A stretch of 64,000 bases of DNA from Camelus dromedarius (Eukaryota): contig NC_087438.1 in NCBI RefSeq assembly GCF_036321535.1, positions 6,016,001 to 6,080,000 of the forward strand. Reading direction: 5' to 3'. Positions 12,416 through 25,859 of this stretch are shown here, in pieces; the first letter of the stretch is position 1; every line of letters begins with the position of its first letter. Below the pieces are notes generated by a model. The model worked only from the letters and a program-made list of their open reading frames with translations. It did not search any database and was not told the origin of the DNA. The translations under genes were made by a program, and so were the position numbers.

Positions 12416-14452
12416 GTGTTCCTGAGTTATGTAGCATCATTGGGATTTTATTACATGTGGTTACTGATTTCAGTATTATAACAGCAATTCTTCTTTATAA
12501 TAATTGAGGAAAGAGTGAAAATGAGTTATGAGTAGAAATGCAACAATTTGCGATCTGAAGATACATTTCAATACTTTTAATACTTTCAATATTTGAGTAC
12601 TTTCAGTATTTCTTGAAAAGAAGGGAGACTATAAATATTGTATTTATTTTCCCAGGAAATTTTCCAGGGAAAGGTTGTTTCCAAGAAAAAGTAGCTGAAG
12701 AAGCTTTAAAGATTATCCCATGAAAACAATGCATATGATGTTTTTGAAAATAATAATTTTAAATAACTTGTGATTGCTTCTGTGAAATGGTTCAATTCTG
12801 GTGGAGGAATTTTCATGTTGGGGGAAAGAAATTGGAGAAATTGTGTCTAACTCATTATCCATCACAAATCCTAAAGCAGTAGTACCGTATAATTAAATAC
12901 TATTAGATTACGTATTTTGTTTTTCAAGTGATTTTCTTTCTCTTGAAGATTTGGCAATAATTTTTCTACGAATGTATCCCTTCATCATTTATAACAAAGC
13001 TGTGGTATCGAATCGGCCCAGGGATTTTGAGGGTCTTCCATGTGGTTCATTATCAGTACCTGTGCTGGCACATCCAGCTGGATGGTCTATTAGCTGCGAG
13101 GCATCCAGGCTGCCTGCATTTGGCATCTTACTCCCTAGCAGCACCACCTGCCATGCTAACATGCTGGCATTCTCCCATATTACACTCAGGTCACAAAGTC
13201 CTCCTCTTCATTAGTGTGAGTTCACTGATTTCTCTTGAGATGCAAAATTTCTTCAGCTGATGTTAAAGACCCTTACAAACCATGGTAGAGTATGATATGG
13301 AACTACAGAATCCAAGCATGACTTCAAAGACACCGTATTGTCCAGTAAATTATGTTTATTTTGTAGAGACTGGCCCATTCTGTTCTCCTTTTTCCTGCAG
13401 CATCTATGAGATTTTCTATTTTGCTACATTAGTTGGACAAGTTGGAGAGAGATGGTAGACTATTTAATGATAATGGATGGGAATATTAATTATAAATAAT
13501 TAATAGATAGAGTAATGCATTTGTTAGTATCTAATTATTAGGAACATTGCTCATTTTGATTCCTTTTGCATTCTGACTTTTTAATGCACTTTTATACTTC
13601 CACTCCCCAACACAGCGAAATGTCAGCATCATTATATAAAGTTTTGCATACAGTTAAAAAGCCCTTTACTTTCAACCTCCATCACCTGACAGTTCATGGC
13701 TCAACAACCCATAATAATTGCTTCTAATTGACAAAGAACAGTAGGGTTTTATCTCTCCATAAAATAAAACATAAAATATTTTTGATTCCTTATGTTGGAA
13801 GTTTCTGATATAAACAAAAACCTACTCATTTTTGAGCCACAAAATCATGGAGACAAGATAATTTTATATATAAAATATATATGTAACCCTCTCTAAAGAT
13901 CTTGGATTTTCTTTTTTTTTTTCCTTAAATTAAGCAAAGGGATGCAAAGTATAAAAGCATCTTAAAGCGTATCCCATGGTCAGTCAATTCAAGAGGACTT
14001 GATTCCTCTCTCTGACCTTTCTCTCATTCTCCTTATATCAGTTCTGTGGGGAAGACTGGAGAATAAGCTGGTTATGAACTTTGACATATTTGTACACAAT
14101 GCACAGAGAAATCACATGCTTATCATTGGCCCAAACGCTTTGTCTAAATTAAGGAGGTAATTTAGGGAATACTGTGGACTTTCTTGTGTTTAGGACAAGT
14201 TTCAAGGTTTATCATTAATTTAATCAGCCTCTTCTTGGGAGAAAAAATATACTGCAAATAGTACTATATCAATTATAAGGCACTGTTCTAATTTTAAAGT
14301 ATTAAATGATTTTAAAATTGTGTTTTAGAATAAAGGATGTACAACAGTAAAATTATGTCTTATTTTGATCCAAGATACATATTATATGAAGTACCTATCA
14401 ACACTCTGACTTCTGGCATTTCAGACAAAGGGTACAAAAAACAACATTTGGC

Positions 14453-15280
14453 CAGGGCTAGCTACACAGTTTGTAGGATACAGTACGAAATAAAAATGTA
14501 ACGTTTTTGTTCAAAAGCAAGAAAAAATATGCAAAGTGCTAAAATATGAAGTTTCCCTTTATTCTGCAGTCTTTTTTTACTTGTTATACTGCTTTTTGTG
14601 TTTGTTATTTAATGTCATTCTAAACAGTGAAAAGCAGAATGATAAAGTGTTAGCAGGCACTTTACCGTTCATTTTTATATTATGCAATACTAATTTTAAA
14701 TACAAATATAAAAACATTTAATTCATTTTCAGAATCACTAGAATTATACAGTTCATATTTTATAGATCATACATACATGCATATATTTTGTTCTTATCGG
14801 AACAGTGGAAACACTGCACAACATTAAGTCATCTGCTTTTGGGGGTTTGTTTTCACTTCTTGATGGGCATACATTTTATCAACATTCTCTACTTTTGGCT
14901 TATTGATGAGTGAGGAACGACCGAAAAGAAAAGGAACCACTGATTATTTCTATTTTTCTCTTTACTTGTCTTCATTTTTAGCATAAGTGGTTGACTAATA
15001 CCAAAGTAACATGGGTGAAAAAAGATATGATAAGATTCCTTCATCAATTGTGTTGCTTACAATAATATTCTTTCTTTCTGTGTTTGAAGCAATTTCTTTT
15101 TCAAAGGAAAGTCTAGTTTGAATGGAAAGAGTAGCTTCTGAGGGATGCCAGTGGCTTCACTTACTCAGCTGTAGACCTAACTTGTGCACCTTGTGTTCAT
15201 GTTGACTCCAGCTGAACTACGAGCATCATGAGTCCACAGAAATGATGTGCTCATTGCCTATTAAGAAGGCTGTATGGACA
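14453..15280 (+). mobile_element. MER45-family hAT-Tip100 DNA transposon (long form)
   Basis: The 5' end cagggctagctacacagtttgtaggatacagtacgaaataaaaatg...ttgttcaaaa matches the MER45 terminus. Right boundary approximate. Confidence 0.7.
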
Positions 15281-15284
15281 CAGC

Positions 15285-15638
15285 CCTTACATCTTTGCTA
15301 GGAATAACTCAAAATGGGTCATCACAGACCTAAGTTAAGGTGAAAACCTGTGAAACTCCTAAAAGGTAATACAGGAGAAAACCTGGCTGCCCTTGGGTAT
15401 GGTGATGACTTTTTAGATGCAACGCCAAAAGCACAGTCCATGAAAGAGACAACTAGTAGGCTGGACTTGATTAAAATTGTGCTTTGCTAAAGACATTGTT
15501 AGAAGGGTGAGAAGACACGCCACAGTCTGGGAGAAAATATTTGCAAAGAACGTATCTGATAAAGGCGTCTTATCCAAAGTACACAAAAACTCTTCAAACT
15601 CAACAGTAAAACAACCAGTTTTTAAATGGTCCAGGAAC
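15285..15638 (+). mobile_element. L1 ORF2 C-terminal fragment
   Basis: ORF 15477-15704 contains WEKIFAKNVSDKGVLSKVHK, matching L1 ORF2 WEKIFAN..SDKGLISRIYK. Confidence 0.92.
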
Positions 15639-16399
15639 ATGGTAGGGAAAAAGCCCCAGTACACAAGCTGGCATCCTTGCCAACCTAACTGCACATTTAG
15701 ATAACCATAAACAGAGCTTAATGGAAAAGGTCACTATTGAATAAAAAGTAATGAGTCCAACACTAGTGTGTCTTTCAAGTTCACTGCTAAGCTTTAAAGA
15801 GCCTCGTGATTGTTTCCCTGTGTCTGCTGAAGAATCAAAAGCAAAATTTGTTTTCTGAATGGTGCCTGAATTCTGCCCATTCTCCAGCACACTCTGGATA
15901 CTTGCTTCCAGGAAAACTTAGGAACCCAGCTCCCAAACCATCTACTTTCTGAATCATTTTCTGAATAAGAAACCTTAAAATAGAACTAGCTCTTCTGGCT
16001 TCTATTTCCTCTAAGAATTTTGGTGACCTTAAAGGATCATAAGATATTGACTATATTCTGCCTTTTACATATACTTATTTTCCCATATGGTTTGTAATTC
16101 TAATTCAGTGGTAAATGAAATACAAAACAAAAATGTCTTTTTCACTTTGTGGATAAGAAGTTATCTAACTTGTCTCTTTACTCATAAAAGGAAACTGAGC
16201 AAGTATCATTCCTTAATCTGCATCTAATTTTATTTCTTACAGCCTATACCTGTATTAAACTTCAAAAGGTTCAGTCTGGATAGGTGGTAAAACCAATCTA
16301 TTTCCAGGCTAATTGCCATAAGTTACAAAATTGCAGTGAGACCATCAAAAATTGATGGTTAATGTATTTAAATGGTATTAAAAGTAGAATGAAACCAAG

Positions 16400-17560
16400 T
16401 AAGAACATTGCCCTCCTTCAAGTCAGCACTGATGCTGCAGTTCTCACCCGTGTTCAGGTCATTCTCAAATCCCACGTGCATCAGTGCTCGCACCAAAGCT
16501 GCATCTCCAGGGCTGGATAGTCACACTCAGATTTGTCGTCCTCAGCTAACGTTCAACACATGCAAAAACAGTTCACCATCTAACTCCTTCTCCTCCGCCT
16601 CTTCCCTTTTCCTAATGATACAGCTTAACCATCACCCTTGGATGAAGGCTTGTCCTCATTTTTTAAATTGCGGTCCTCATTTTTGATTTATCAATTTCCT
16701 TCATCCCCTTGGGCCATCCAGCCACCAAACCTTTCCCCTTCCTCCCAGTGCACAGAAGTTAACATTTCAGACCTGAGATTTCTATCCTTAAGACAGACCT
16801 GCTTGCAAGGTTGGTTCTTGGCTGGAGTCTGGGAACTTGGCTGGTAAACAGTGCCCTACACTGATGTAAAACTTTTCCTAAAGGATACGAATGGCTCACT
16901 GTGCTTAGGCTGTTTGTACAAACAGTAGGGTCTATGCCAAACAAGTCCTTTTCTCCTGGGAGCCAGGGCTTATATGTGGTAGGCAGAGAATGCCTACATG
17001 ACCAGCCCCTTACAAAAGCCCCGGACACTGAGTCTGTAGTGAGCTTCCCTGGTCGACAGTGCTTCCCACATGTTGTCCCAGCTCAGTGCTGGCGGAACTC
17101 AGCACGTCCTGTGCAACTTGGCCGGAGAGGACTGTTGAAAGCTTGAGCTGGGTTTCTTCCAGGCTTATCTCCCTGCACCTTTTCTCTTCACTCATCTCGC
17201 TTTGTTCCCTTTTGCTGCACTAAATCTCAGCTGTGACTTTAACTCTGGTCTGCTTCTCGGAGTCCTAGTGAATCACGGGACCGGGGAGTGGTCTTGGAGA
17301 CCACAGACACACTTACCCTCTAATCATTCTGTTCCACTTTTTCCACTCCTCTTTAGATTTTTATTGTACTTCATGTATTTCTATTTTTAAGCCGAAATCC
17401 TAGCTTGCCTCCCTGGTGCTTGTCTTTCCACCCTCAAAGTCACTCTGAGGATTATTCTAATTGTTAAACGTAGACCACGCCTCTCTTCACGACCCCACGC
17501 CTCTCTTCTCGACCCCACTCCTGTTGTCTCAGCTCGGTCACTTTCTCCCTGGGGTTGTAG
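16400..17560 (+). mobile_element. L2 fragments flanking the MER21 LTR
   Basis: cagctaacgttcaacacatgcaaaaaca before the LTR; gcttgcctccctggtgcttg...gattattctaattgttaaacgtagaccacg after it. Confidence 0.5.
16749..17311 (+). mobile_element. MER21-family solo LTR
   Basis: TG...CA ends; gttaacatttcagacctgagatttctatccttaag...cctgcttgcaaggttgg...ctgggaacttgg...gagtcctagtgaatcac...gtggtcttggagaccacagacaca. Confidence 0.88.
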
Positions 17561-19999
17561 GGGTCTCTCGGTCGGCAACCATCGGCCTTTCATCTTGCCT
17601 AATCCATCTTTCACGCTTTTTCTAAAATAACCCTTGAAAGACATGAATATAATCATGGATAGGAGCTCCCATTTATAACACTACAGAGGCTCCCTGCATG
17701 GCAGTCCCCTGGTAGGTCTCAGGAGGCCCCAGGTCTCCAAGCTTATTGCTTCCTGACTCTGAACTTGTCCCATTACCCACCCATAGGTACCAGTCATGTC
17801 AAACGTCTCCTTGTCTCCTGGACACACCAGCTGGTTTAATTGCCTCAGGTCACTGAAACATACTCCCTCCGAAAGGAGTGTTTCCCCCATGCACCTGCAA
17901 CCGAATTTCCAAATCTTCACTCTATGAAGACTTTCTGGTTCCCCATTATCCTCAGGAAGATTTGACCATCTTCTGTGTGTTGTGGATCCACTGCTGGCAT
18001 TGCATCTATCTGCTATAAGACCCGTGTTTGTGCGTGTGCGTGTGTACTCACGTGTGCAAGCACACATACATCCCTTCTCACAAGAAGACCGGATGCCCCG
18101 TATCATGCTCATCCTGAGCCACTCCAGGCAGCTCAGCTACTGTCTGGATTAGGCACACAAGGATACTGACGACTGAGTGGTTACGCTCACCCGCTTCATC
18201 ATAAAATTTCATTAATTCCCAGGAAAAAAGAAACTTGTTAGCAATTTCAGCAAGAATTAAAAATTAAAATAAAGCTGTGAAATAAAATATGTGTAATGTA
18301 GACAAGAAGTTGTTTTCACTTCTTTTTGATATAGATATGTCCAGGCAAATATTGGGACATTATTTTCAATAGTCAGATAAATCAGGTAAATAATTCATAT
18401 TTGTTTCAGATGAAGCTGTTTATGAGAGTGCTTTTATATTACCTTTCACTGTTTAAAGCAGGATGCCAAAATACATACCATAATTTATTTCTGTAGTTGA
18501 ACTGGAGTAAATCTACAATATTTGCAAGTAATTAAATATTGAGAGTAATAAAAAAAAAAAGGGCATGAATGATCCTGACATTTACACTTGTGTGATATCA
18601 TACACATTTCATGAGGTGAAAGCATATTTTTAATTTAAAAAGAACAAGAAGATGCAAATTTAGACCAGTAAGTAAAAATACACCGGAAATTTAAAGGAAG
18701 CAGTTTTCAACATATGGATATGAAAAATTGAATTAATATTATGAAAATAACAAAAATTTTGACTTTTGTTAAGTAAGCATAATAAAAGAGAAACTTTTAT
18801 TCACCAACCTCCTGGTGAAAGAAAACTGAGTGAGGTGCTTGTGCAAACCGAATGTAACGTATGTTATTACGTAGCATAGCGTTTTCCTCCCTGAGTACTG
18901 GGTGAAGGCTGGTAAGTATAGAGGGCTAAAAACATAACCGAGTTCATAAAGTAAGCATCTGAAAGAGTTGCACAATGTGGAAATAGATTAAGATCCGATA
19001 GTTACTGAAGTTCAGAATGTTATGATTTCAGTAGATTTTCAAAAATTTAATAGCGCTCTTCATGGCACCTACTGAATCCTTTTTAAAATATACACAGTAC
19101 TTGCGTTATGATTATTGACTTAAATTTCAGTCTGATGAGTCCTAGCTAGAATCCTGACTCCACAGGCCTCTCAGCTACGGCACTGGACTGAGCTCACCAA
19201 CGAGTTTCTCCAGAACAACCTTCATCTGATCAGTGGGTCGTGGTGTCTTGACTGTGGTTGGTGTCTTGATTCTGTTGTTCCATTCAGGATCCAAGTGGGA
19301 TTCGGTTATCGCTCAGAAATTAGGGTGTAGAAGGGGTTGGAAAATGCAAAGGACCCTGTATTTGCCATCTGGGCTCCAGGTTGGATACCTAGGTCATTTC
19401 TGGTATGTTTTATTTGTTGGTCCAAAATTGTACCTTCTATTTTAATTAAAAGAATTCTTTTGCCTTATGAAATGTGTATGAGATCACACCATATCTAGCA
19501 GAGCACATGAAACAAGAACTTGAATAACAAACATTTATAGAATAGTAAATAAAATAGCAAATAAACAATCAAAATTAACTTTAAAATGAGAGGAATGTTT
19601 TTGGCTATATATGGGACCTCTGATAATAGTTAAAGGAACTGGAGTTTCTCGAAAAGGGTCATAGCCAGCTCAAAATTTGCCAATAAAATTTTTCACCAAG
19701 ACAATTCGAGTATTTTGATCTCAATGTCTTAGATTTCCATGTATTTCAGAGAGTACAAAAATAATCAAGTCATTCTATAATAAATCCAGAAAAAAATATA
19801 TAAATTGGGTTTAATTTTCTTTATTATTGAATTGATATTCTAACCTACAGGGATATCAATTTAATAAACTTACAATGAAATCATCATGTAATTTTTTTGT
19901 AACGTTCAGAATCACTCTCTTTTTAAAGGAGGTATATATGTATAGACTTAAAAGCATAGACAAAATTAGGTTAGAAAATACTGAGAAAAAGTGTACTAA

Positions 20000-21545
20000 A
20001 TAGCACCTTATAGAAGGAATTGAGTCTGAGTAAAAATCAAAGGCAATTGGAGTGTTTTGAGCAGAGGATTTGCATGATGTCACTTATGTTTTAAAGGATC
20101 ACTCTAAGAAGTTGACAGCAGACTCTAGGGGGTCATGTTTGGAAACAAACACTGTTATTGTTGTTACATGAACTGTTTCAGTAATTCATGTACGAAATAA
20201 TAGTGCTTTGAACCTGAGTGATAGCAGGAAAGGTGCTGAGAAGTGGTCATATCATAGCTGTATTGTGAAGACAGATCTGCCAAGGAACATTTCCCGACAG
20301 ACCAGACGTGGAGTGCTAGAGAAAAGCGGGGGGGTCAAAAGTGAATACCAGGGTTTTTTCTTGAGCAAGTGGAAAGATGGGGTTGCCAACAGAATTCGGG
20401 AAGGTGGGGCAAATATAGGGGATTGTTGAGTTCTGCTTTGTACACATTAAGGTTAAGGTGTGTATTAGGTATTCCAGGGGCGATACTGAGTAGGGAGTCA
20501 GTGACATGATCCTGGGAGCTGGAGGGGGAGACGTGATCTAGTACATGGGTGGCATTTAAAGTCAAGAGAGTAGAGGAAATCGAGGAGGGATAAAAAACCA
20601 AAGAGAGCCGAGGACTTGGAGCCTTGAGTTTCTCCAACATGAAACATCAAGGAGAAAAGAGGAAACATTAAGAGACTGAAGGAGGAAACTAAGAGTGCAG
20701 GGTCCTCAAAGCCAGGTGTGCTAAGGATGAAGAAATGCTCAACTACGTCAAGTGCAGGTGAAAGCGTGAGGACTAAGAATCGATCCTTGGATTTCACAGC
20801 ATGGAGGTTATTGCTGATTCCGGAGAACAGTTCTGGTGGAACAGTGGGGCAAAGCCTGCTTGGAGGGGGTTTAAAGGATACTAGGGACATAGGAACCCAG
20901 GGCAGCATGTATAGAAAAACTCTTTACAGAAATGTTGTTATAATGAGGAGCAAGGAAAGGGGCAAAGTGTAATGAAGAGAATACTATTTTTTTAGGATAG
21001 GAGATGAAATGGCATGTTTGTGTGATAATGTGAATGATCCTGTGGAAAGAGAAACTTTGATGATGTGAGAAAGAGGGGAGGGGAGATGGATCCATTTTTG
21101 CTCTGGAGTACGTTGAGGAGATGAGAACAAACATCCCCATAGGTATCTGTGCTAGAAAGGACCTGCATATTTCATAATTGCAGTAGGAATCTGGGGTAGG
21201 TGGGTGCGGATGGAGGTTGATGAGTGTAATTGCTAGTGGGTGTCTGTGAAAGTCCTGTTTTTATCCGTGACAAGTTGTGGTCATCTGCTGCAGGTCAGGA
21301 TGGGAAAGGAGAAGTGGAGGGCTGGAGGACAGAGCATAAGATATGAGACACTCACATAGGAGAGTGGGGGAGTAAATGGAAAAGAATATGCAGTGCGACC
21401 CCCAGGGGTCAGTGAGGGGTCAGTTGATGCTGATGATCACGAATTAGAGATTTTTATCCAGCGCTGATCAATCGCCCGGGTGCAGAGCTGAGCTGGCAGA
21501 AAGCCGGCAACCAAGCAGAGCAAAGCAAGAGGGGCACAAGAATTT
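20000..21545 (-). mobile_element. L2 LINE with reverse transcriptase remnant
   Basis: The minus ORF 20498-20908 contains SNNLHAVKSKDRFLVLTLSPALDVVEHFFILSTPGFEDPAL, a decayed form of L2 RT TNDLL.AKS.G.FSVL.LLDLSAAFDTVDH...LGF.DT.L. Flanking DNA has L2 motifs. Confidence 0.9.
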
Positions 21546-22034
21546 CAAAGGCATGTGATGTAGTAAGAGTATAAGTATGCTCTCATAACCTACAAATATA
21601 TTTTTAATTTCATCTCTTATTTGTTTTACTTTTTTACCGTCACATATTTTGGTCTTTTCACAGTGGCATGTGTTCTTTTGGAAATGCCAAGCAGCTCTTA
21701 GAAATGTCTGTCCTCTTTAAGAGTTTATTTTCTGATGTATTAGCATTTTGTTGGACTTCAGTAGTTTCTCTGAAAACTGCTTTTCTTCACTGTCTTCAGT
21801 TATCCTAAAACAAGGCCTGATGTCTGCCCAGCCTCGGTCCATGTTCTCAGAAGGCACCTCGGATTGGTCCCTACAACATGGCTGTCAGCAAGATCCTCGT
21901 CTTCAGTCCACGGTAGAGCGAGACAGAAGGACGCTCACAACTCCCATTCTTACAGTACCATCTTTTTCACACACACTAGTGGTAGTGGTTACTGAATCCA
22001 ACTGTAACTAAGTGCTTTTTGATATTGTTTCAAA

Positions 22035-22140
22035 ATTATGATTCCCATTTTCAGAGCTAAGAAAACTGCAGCTTAGAGTCATGAAGCCACGCTGATAACT
22101 GCTTAGAAAGTGCCTGCGTTACAGACGCTGGATTTAAACT
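22035..22140 (-). mobile_element. MIR fragment
   Basis: tatgattcccattttcagagctaagaaaactgcagcttagag...ctggatttaaact. Confidence 0.7.
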
Positions 22141-23058
22141 TCCTTTTTGTTCTGTTGATGGCCAGATCATCTTAGCAACCATTCTTTAATGTTGTTTGCC
22201 TGCAGTTACACCTAAAGCGCCAGCCCTTTAAGTGGGTGCCGTGCACTGAGGTCTGTGCTTGCCACAGATTTCTTCTTCATGGGACCAAACTTTCAGCTCT
22301 TGGCCAGAGATAATGCACTTGGCACAACGTCCTAGGGATGCTTTCTTGTCCGAAGTCCTCTTAAACACTCTTATTCTTGTTTTCATTGAGTATCATATGC
22401 TCATTTATCATTTCTTCCAAAATACTGAATAATGCTTTTTCATTATGTTAAAGGCTTCCTCATGTTTCAAACTATAAATCATTCCTTTCAACCTTATTGC
22501 CTTGAGGGAGAATATTTATTCTACTTTTTTGTTGTTGTTGATGCCAAATTAACAAGTTTTGAAATATAATGATGTCAGTTATTTTTACCCAAGTTTTTTG
22601 GACGTTTGAACATGTGGCTGTTTAGTGCATGGTTTTTCATTGTGTAGCATAATTTTGCAGTAAATCAAGGATGCTTTTGGCAAGATTATTACAGAAAAGT
22701 CAATGAGATTTTAAGATGTGTGTAGATGCCACTTGGTTCAAGTTTTTGTCCAATATTTTTAAATTTTGAGACGGATAAATGCTTAATTGGCACATCGTAT
22801 CCAGACACAATGAATATAACAAAGCTGTAATTGAAATGTAAAATGAATGGAAGTGTTCTTTAATCTCATTAGGATTAAAATAGGAAAACAGTTTGCACAT
22901 TTATTTCGAAGTTCTCTCATGTAAATTTTAAAGTAATTTAAAACTTTTCACTTAAAGAAGACTTTCCAAATCACAAATAAACTTCAAGATCACAATGGAC
23001 TTTAACTTTTTAAAAAGACGTTTCATAGACATTTGTTTTGTTGTTGTTTGTTTCTTAG

Positions 23059-23211
23059 GTTTTTCTTTGAATGATGTTTCACTCTGCTTTATTTGTTACT
23101 CTCAGTTCCTGGATTCACAACCTCTATCTCAGGGGCCCTGAATCTCTGGAGCATGAGGATCTGAAGTGAAGACTGTGCATGCCATATGATCTCAATATGC
23201 TATGCATGATG
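23059..23211 (+). other. Candidate non-coding exon
   Basis: Long T-rich tract plus tttcttag acceptor (alternative ctctcag acceptor giving a start at 23106) and donor ATG|GTAAGA. Stops in all three frames. Confidence 0.35.
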
Positions 23212-23454
23212 GTAAGAAGTTAAGGTCAAATGTTTAATCTTCATAAAATCAATTTAATACCACACAAGTTAGAAGAAATGAAATTTTATGTGCTGCTCAA
23301 GATAAAATTTCACAGTTCAATGTAACCCCTCATATCTACTAAAAATAGGTAAATAAACGAACATGTGTGTCTGTATTACCATTGTAATAGCATACCCATA
23401 GATGCATACTCCACAGTGATTTACAATAATGGAAATTAGGTCCTATGGGGTTAC

Positions 23455-24034
23455 TTGTTCTAATTATCTTTCTGGTCTAACAAACTATTTTGTTATTCTC
23501 AGGGATTCCGTGGCTCAGAAAGTCAGGAAGTCCATGGTAGGGCTGACACTTCTCTGCCTTAGATTACTGAGGCTGGGGGCACAGCTGAGAAGAACTTCAT
23601 GACCGGGAGATGGGACACTTGGCCAGAAACTCACTTCCAAGGTGGCTTCTGTGCCTAGACTACTAGAACCTGAAGGTTGTCACAACTGAGGACTTTTCCC
23701 CAAGGATCCAGAAGCAGCCTCTCCACACGACTTGGGCTCCTCACAGCATCACAACTGAACTCCCGAGAAAGAGCATGTTCAGGTGGTGCCTCGGGCAGGA
23801 GAGCTTCCTGATGACACAAGTAGAGGTCACCTGCCTTTCTGACCTACGCTCAGAGGTCACAGTGTTGATTCCACTCGTGGGACTCTGCTGGTAGCAGTAG
23901 ACAAAAGCCCACTCAGATTCAAGGGAGAGGCACGCCTCCACCCCTTGCTGGGAAAAGTGACGAGGTCGCAAGGTACAAGAAGATGTGGGAAGGGCAACGA
24001 TGCTGCAGCCACTCGGAAAATGCAGTCTGCAATA
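23455..24034 (-). mobile_element. MaLR solo LTR (MLT1G-like)
   Basis: ctctccacacgacttgggctcctcacagcat...tttctgacctacgctcagaggtcacag...cagattcaagggagagg...gcagccactcggaaaatgcagtctgcaata. Confidence 0.85.
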
Positions 24035-25588
24035 ATCCTTGAGTAGTACTATCATTTGCTTCCATCTGCCGGTCCAGTCACACGTATACAGAATACACTC
24101 AAACACCACATACAAACTCACGACTATGCAAACAACACAAATATGCTGAAATCTCCCGTGGGCCTTCTGATTCTGCTACTTGAAACCTGTTTTATACTTG
24201 AAATACTTTATATGAATTATTTATAAGAAAATCCGTACTGAGTTATATTATGACAACAGTTTTCTTGACTATGTTAACAGCAAGTTTACAGCAAAGTGTA
24301 GTAATGAAGACGGAAGTCAGTGTCAGTGATCTTAGTTCCAGACAAAAAGTGGTGAGATAATTTTTTTAAGTGAAATGGAGCAAAATCAAAGGACTTGTAC
24401 TGTTATGCTAGGATCTTATTTTTTAAGTGTTAGGAGAGAATTGGGGCAAATATAAGATATTTTGTAATATTGTTTTCTATATGCACTGTAGATTGATGTT
24501 ATATCAAAAATGATCTATCATAAGGAAAAATACTCAATCAGCATGAGGTTTTGTCGATTTCCATGTGCATAAGTATGAAGAATGTCTTTGGGTACAGAGG
24601 CGTGTCTGCTGAGAGCAACTTGCTTTAGCTTAGCCTGCATTTTTTAGTTTACTACTATTTTAAAAAGAATTTTTAAAATAAAATATGTAACAAACATGAA
24701 ATATATGAAAACATACAGAATTCTACCATGCTGTGTACTTTTTTTTAGCTGAATGAAAATCCCTTCCCCTTTAGGAAAATTTTTGTAGATGAAGTGAATA
24801 TATGCGTGTAATTAATTGGATTGCCAAATATAATTTATTTGCTAAAATAGATAAATTTATGCATTGATACTAAATAACTGTCCCTTAGATTATTGGATAA
24901 AGTAGTAGTCACATAGTACCTGCAACTGGCTTATTAAAATGTAGGGAGTAACAAAAGTTAAAAAAATTAACTATTTAATTAGGTACATTGGTGACACCTA
25001 TGCCTGATCAAAAATAATAAAATAATTTTTATAGAGGAATGGTTTATTATTTTTGGTCATAACATCTTTTATATTAGAGATAAAAATCCATGCAGATAAC
25101 TACGTTATTTAAAGAACATCTATCTTTTCAAACTAATTTGCAAATTGTCCACATAAAGCTCTGACCTCGTACTGCTTCTTTCAGACTGAATGGGGTCAAA
25201 AGTGACTTGCTTCTCTCGCTCCTCATCGGCGCTTCACCGCTGTGTGAGCCATCCTGTGGCATTACAGTTCACACGGCTGTCACTCCTCTTGTTTATTCAT
25301 TGAGGAGAGCTTTCTTTCTCTGAACATCTTCCCAGCCCTAGTATTTAGCACCATGAATAACAATTTCCTATCAAAGATAGGAACATTCACTCAAATTTAT
25401 AATTTGGTTAAATGAACAGAAGGATGAATGTTAATTCACTTCTGAATCTGCTACAAAAAATGTTGTCAGATACTGGTTTTCCCAAAGTTTTTTTTTTTTT
25501 CCTGGTAAAATTGAACTTATTAATTTTATTAGAGTTATCCAATTAGATAACCCAATAAACACCATGTTTCCACCATTTCTTAACCTAG

Positions 25589-25676
25589 GCATGTACTGGG
25601 TGTCCAGGGAGAACTGCTTTATCAAGTCGCAGTGCTTCCAGGGCTTTCAGAACGAGGCAGTCCTTACCTTCCATTG
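25589..25676 (+). other. Candidate exon (88 nt)
   Basis: Acceptor ttccaccatttcttaacctag and donor TTG|GTAAGT, in apparently non-repeat sequence. Confidence 0.25.
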
Positions 25677-25859
25677 GTAAGTGAGTGAGGCAAAGCTTGA
25701 AGTATGTCTACTACATTCACATTTTCCCATTCACTGGACATTCATTACCATGCTATTCACACATTTGTTCACCCTGCTTTTTTGGACTTAATATATACAG
25801 CTGCTCACTCCAGAACAAGGTGTGCGTGGCCCCCAAGCTGTTCACAGACACAGAGCTCT

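Noticed and set aside
15477..15704. 75-aa ORF containing WEKIFAK
   Set aside because: L1 ORF2 remnant.
17681..18112. 143-aa minus-strand ORF
   Set aside because: No recognisable homology or splice context, and it includes a CA/GT-repeat-like segment.
20498..20908. 136-aa ORF with reverse-transcriptase-like residues
   Set aside because: Decayed L2 ORF2 fragment with degenerate motifs; not a functional RT or retron-like system.
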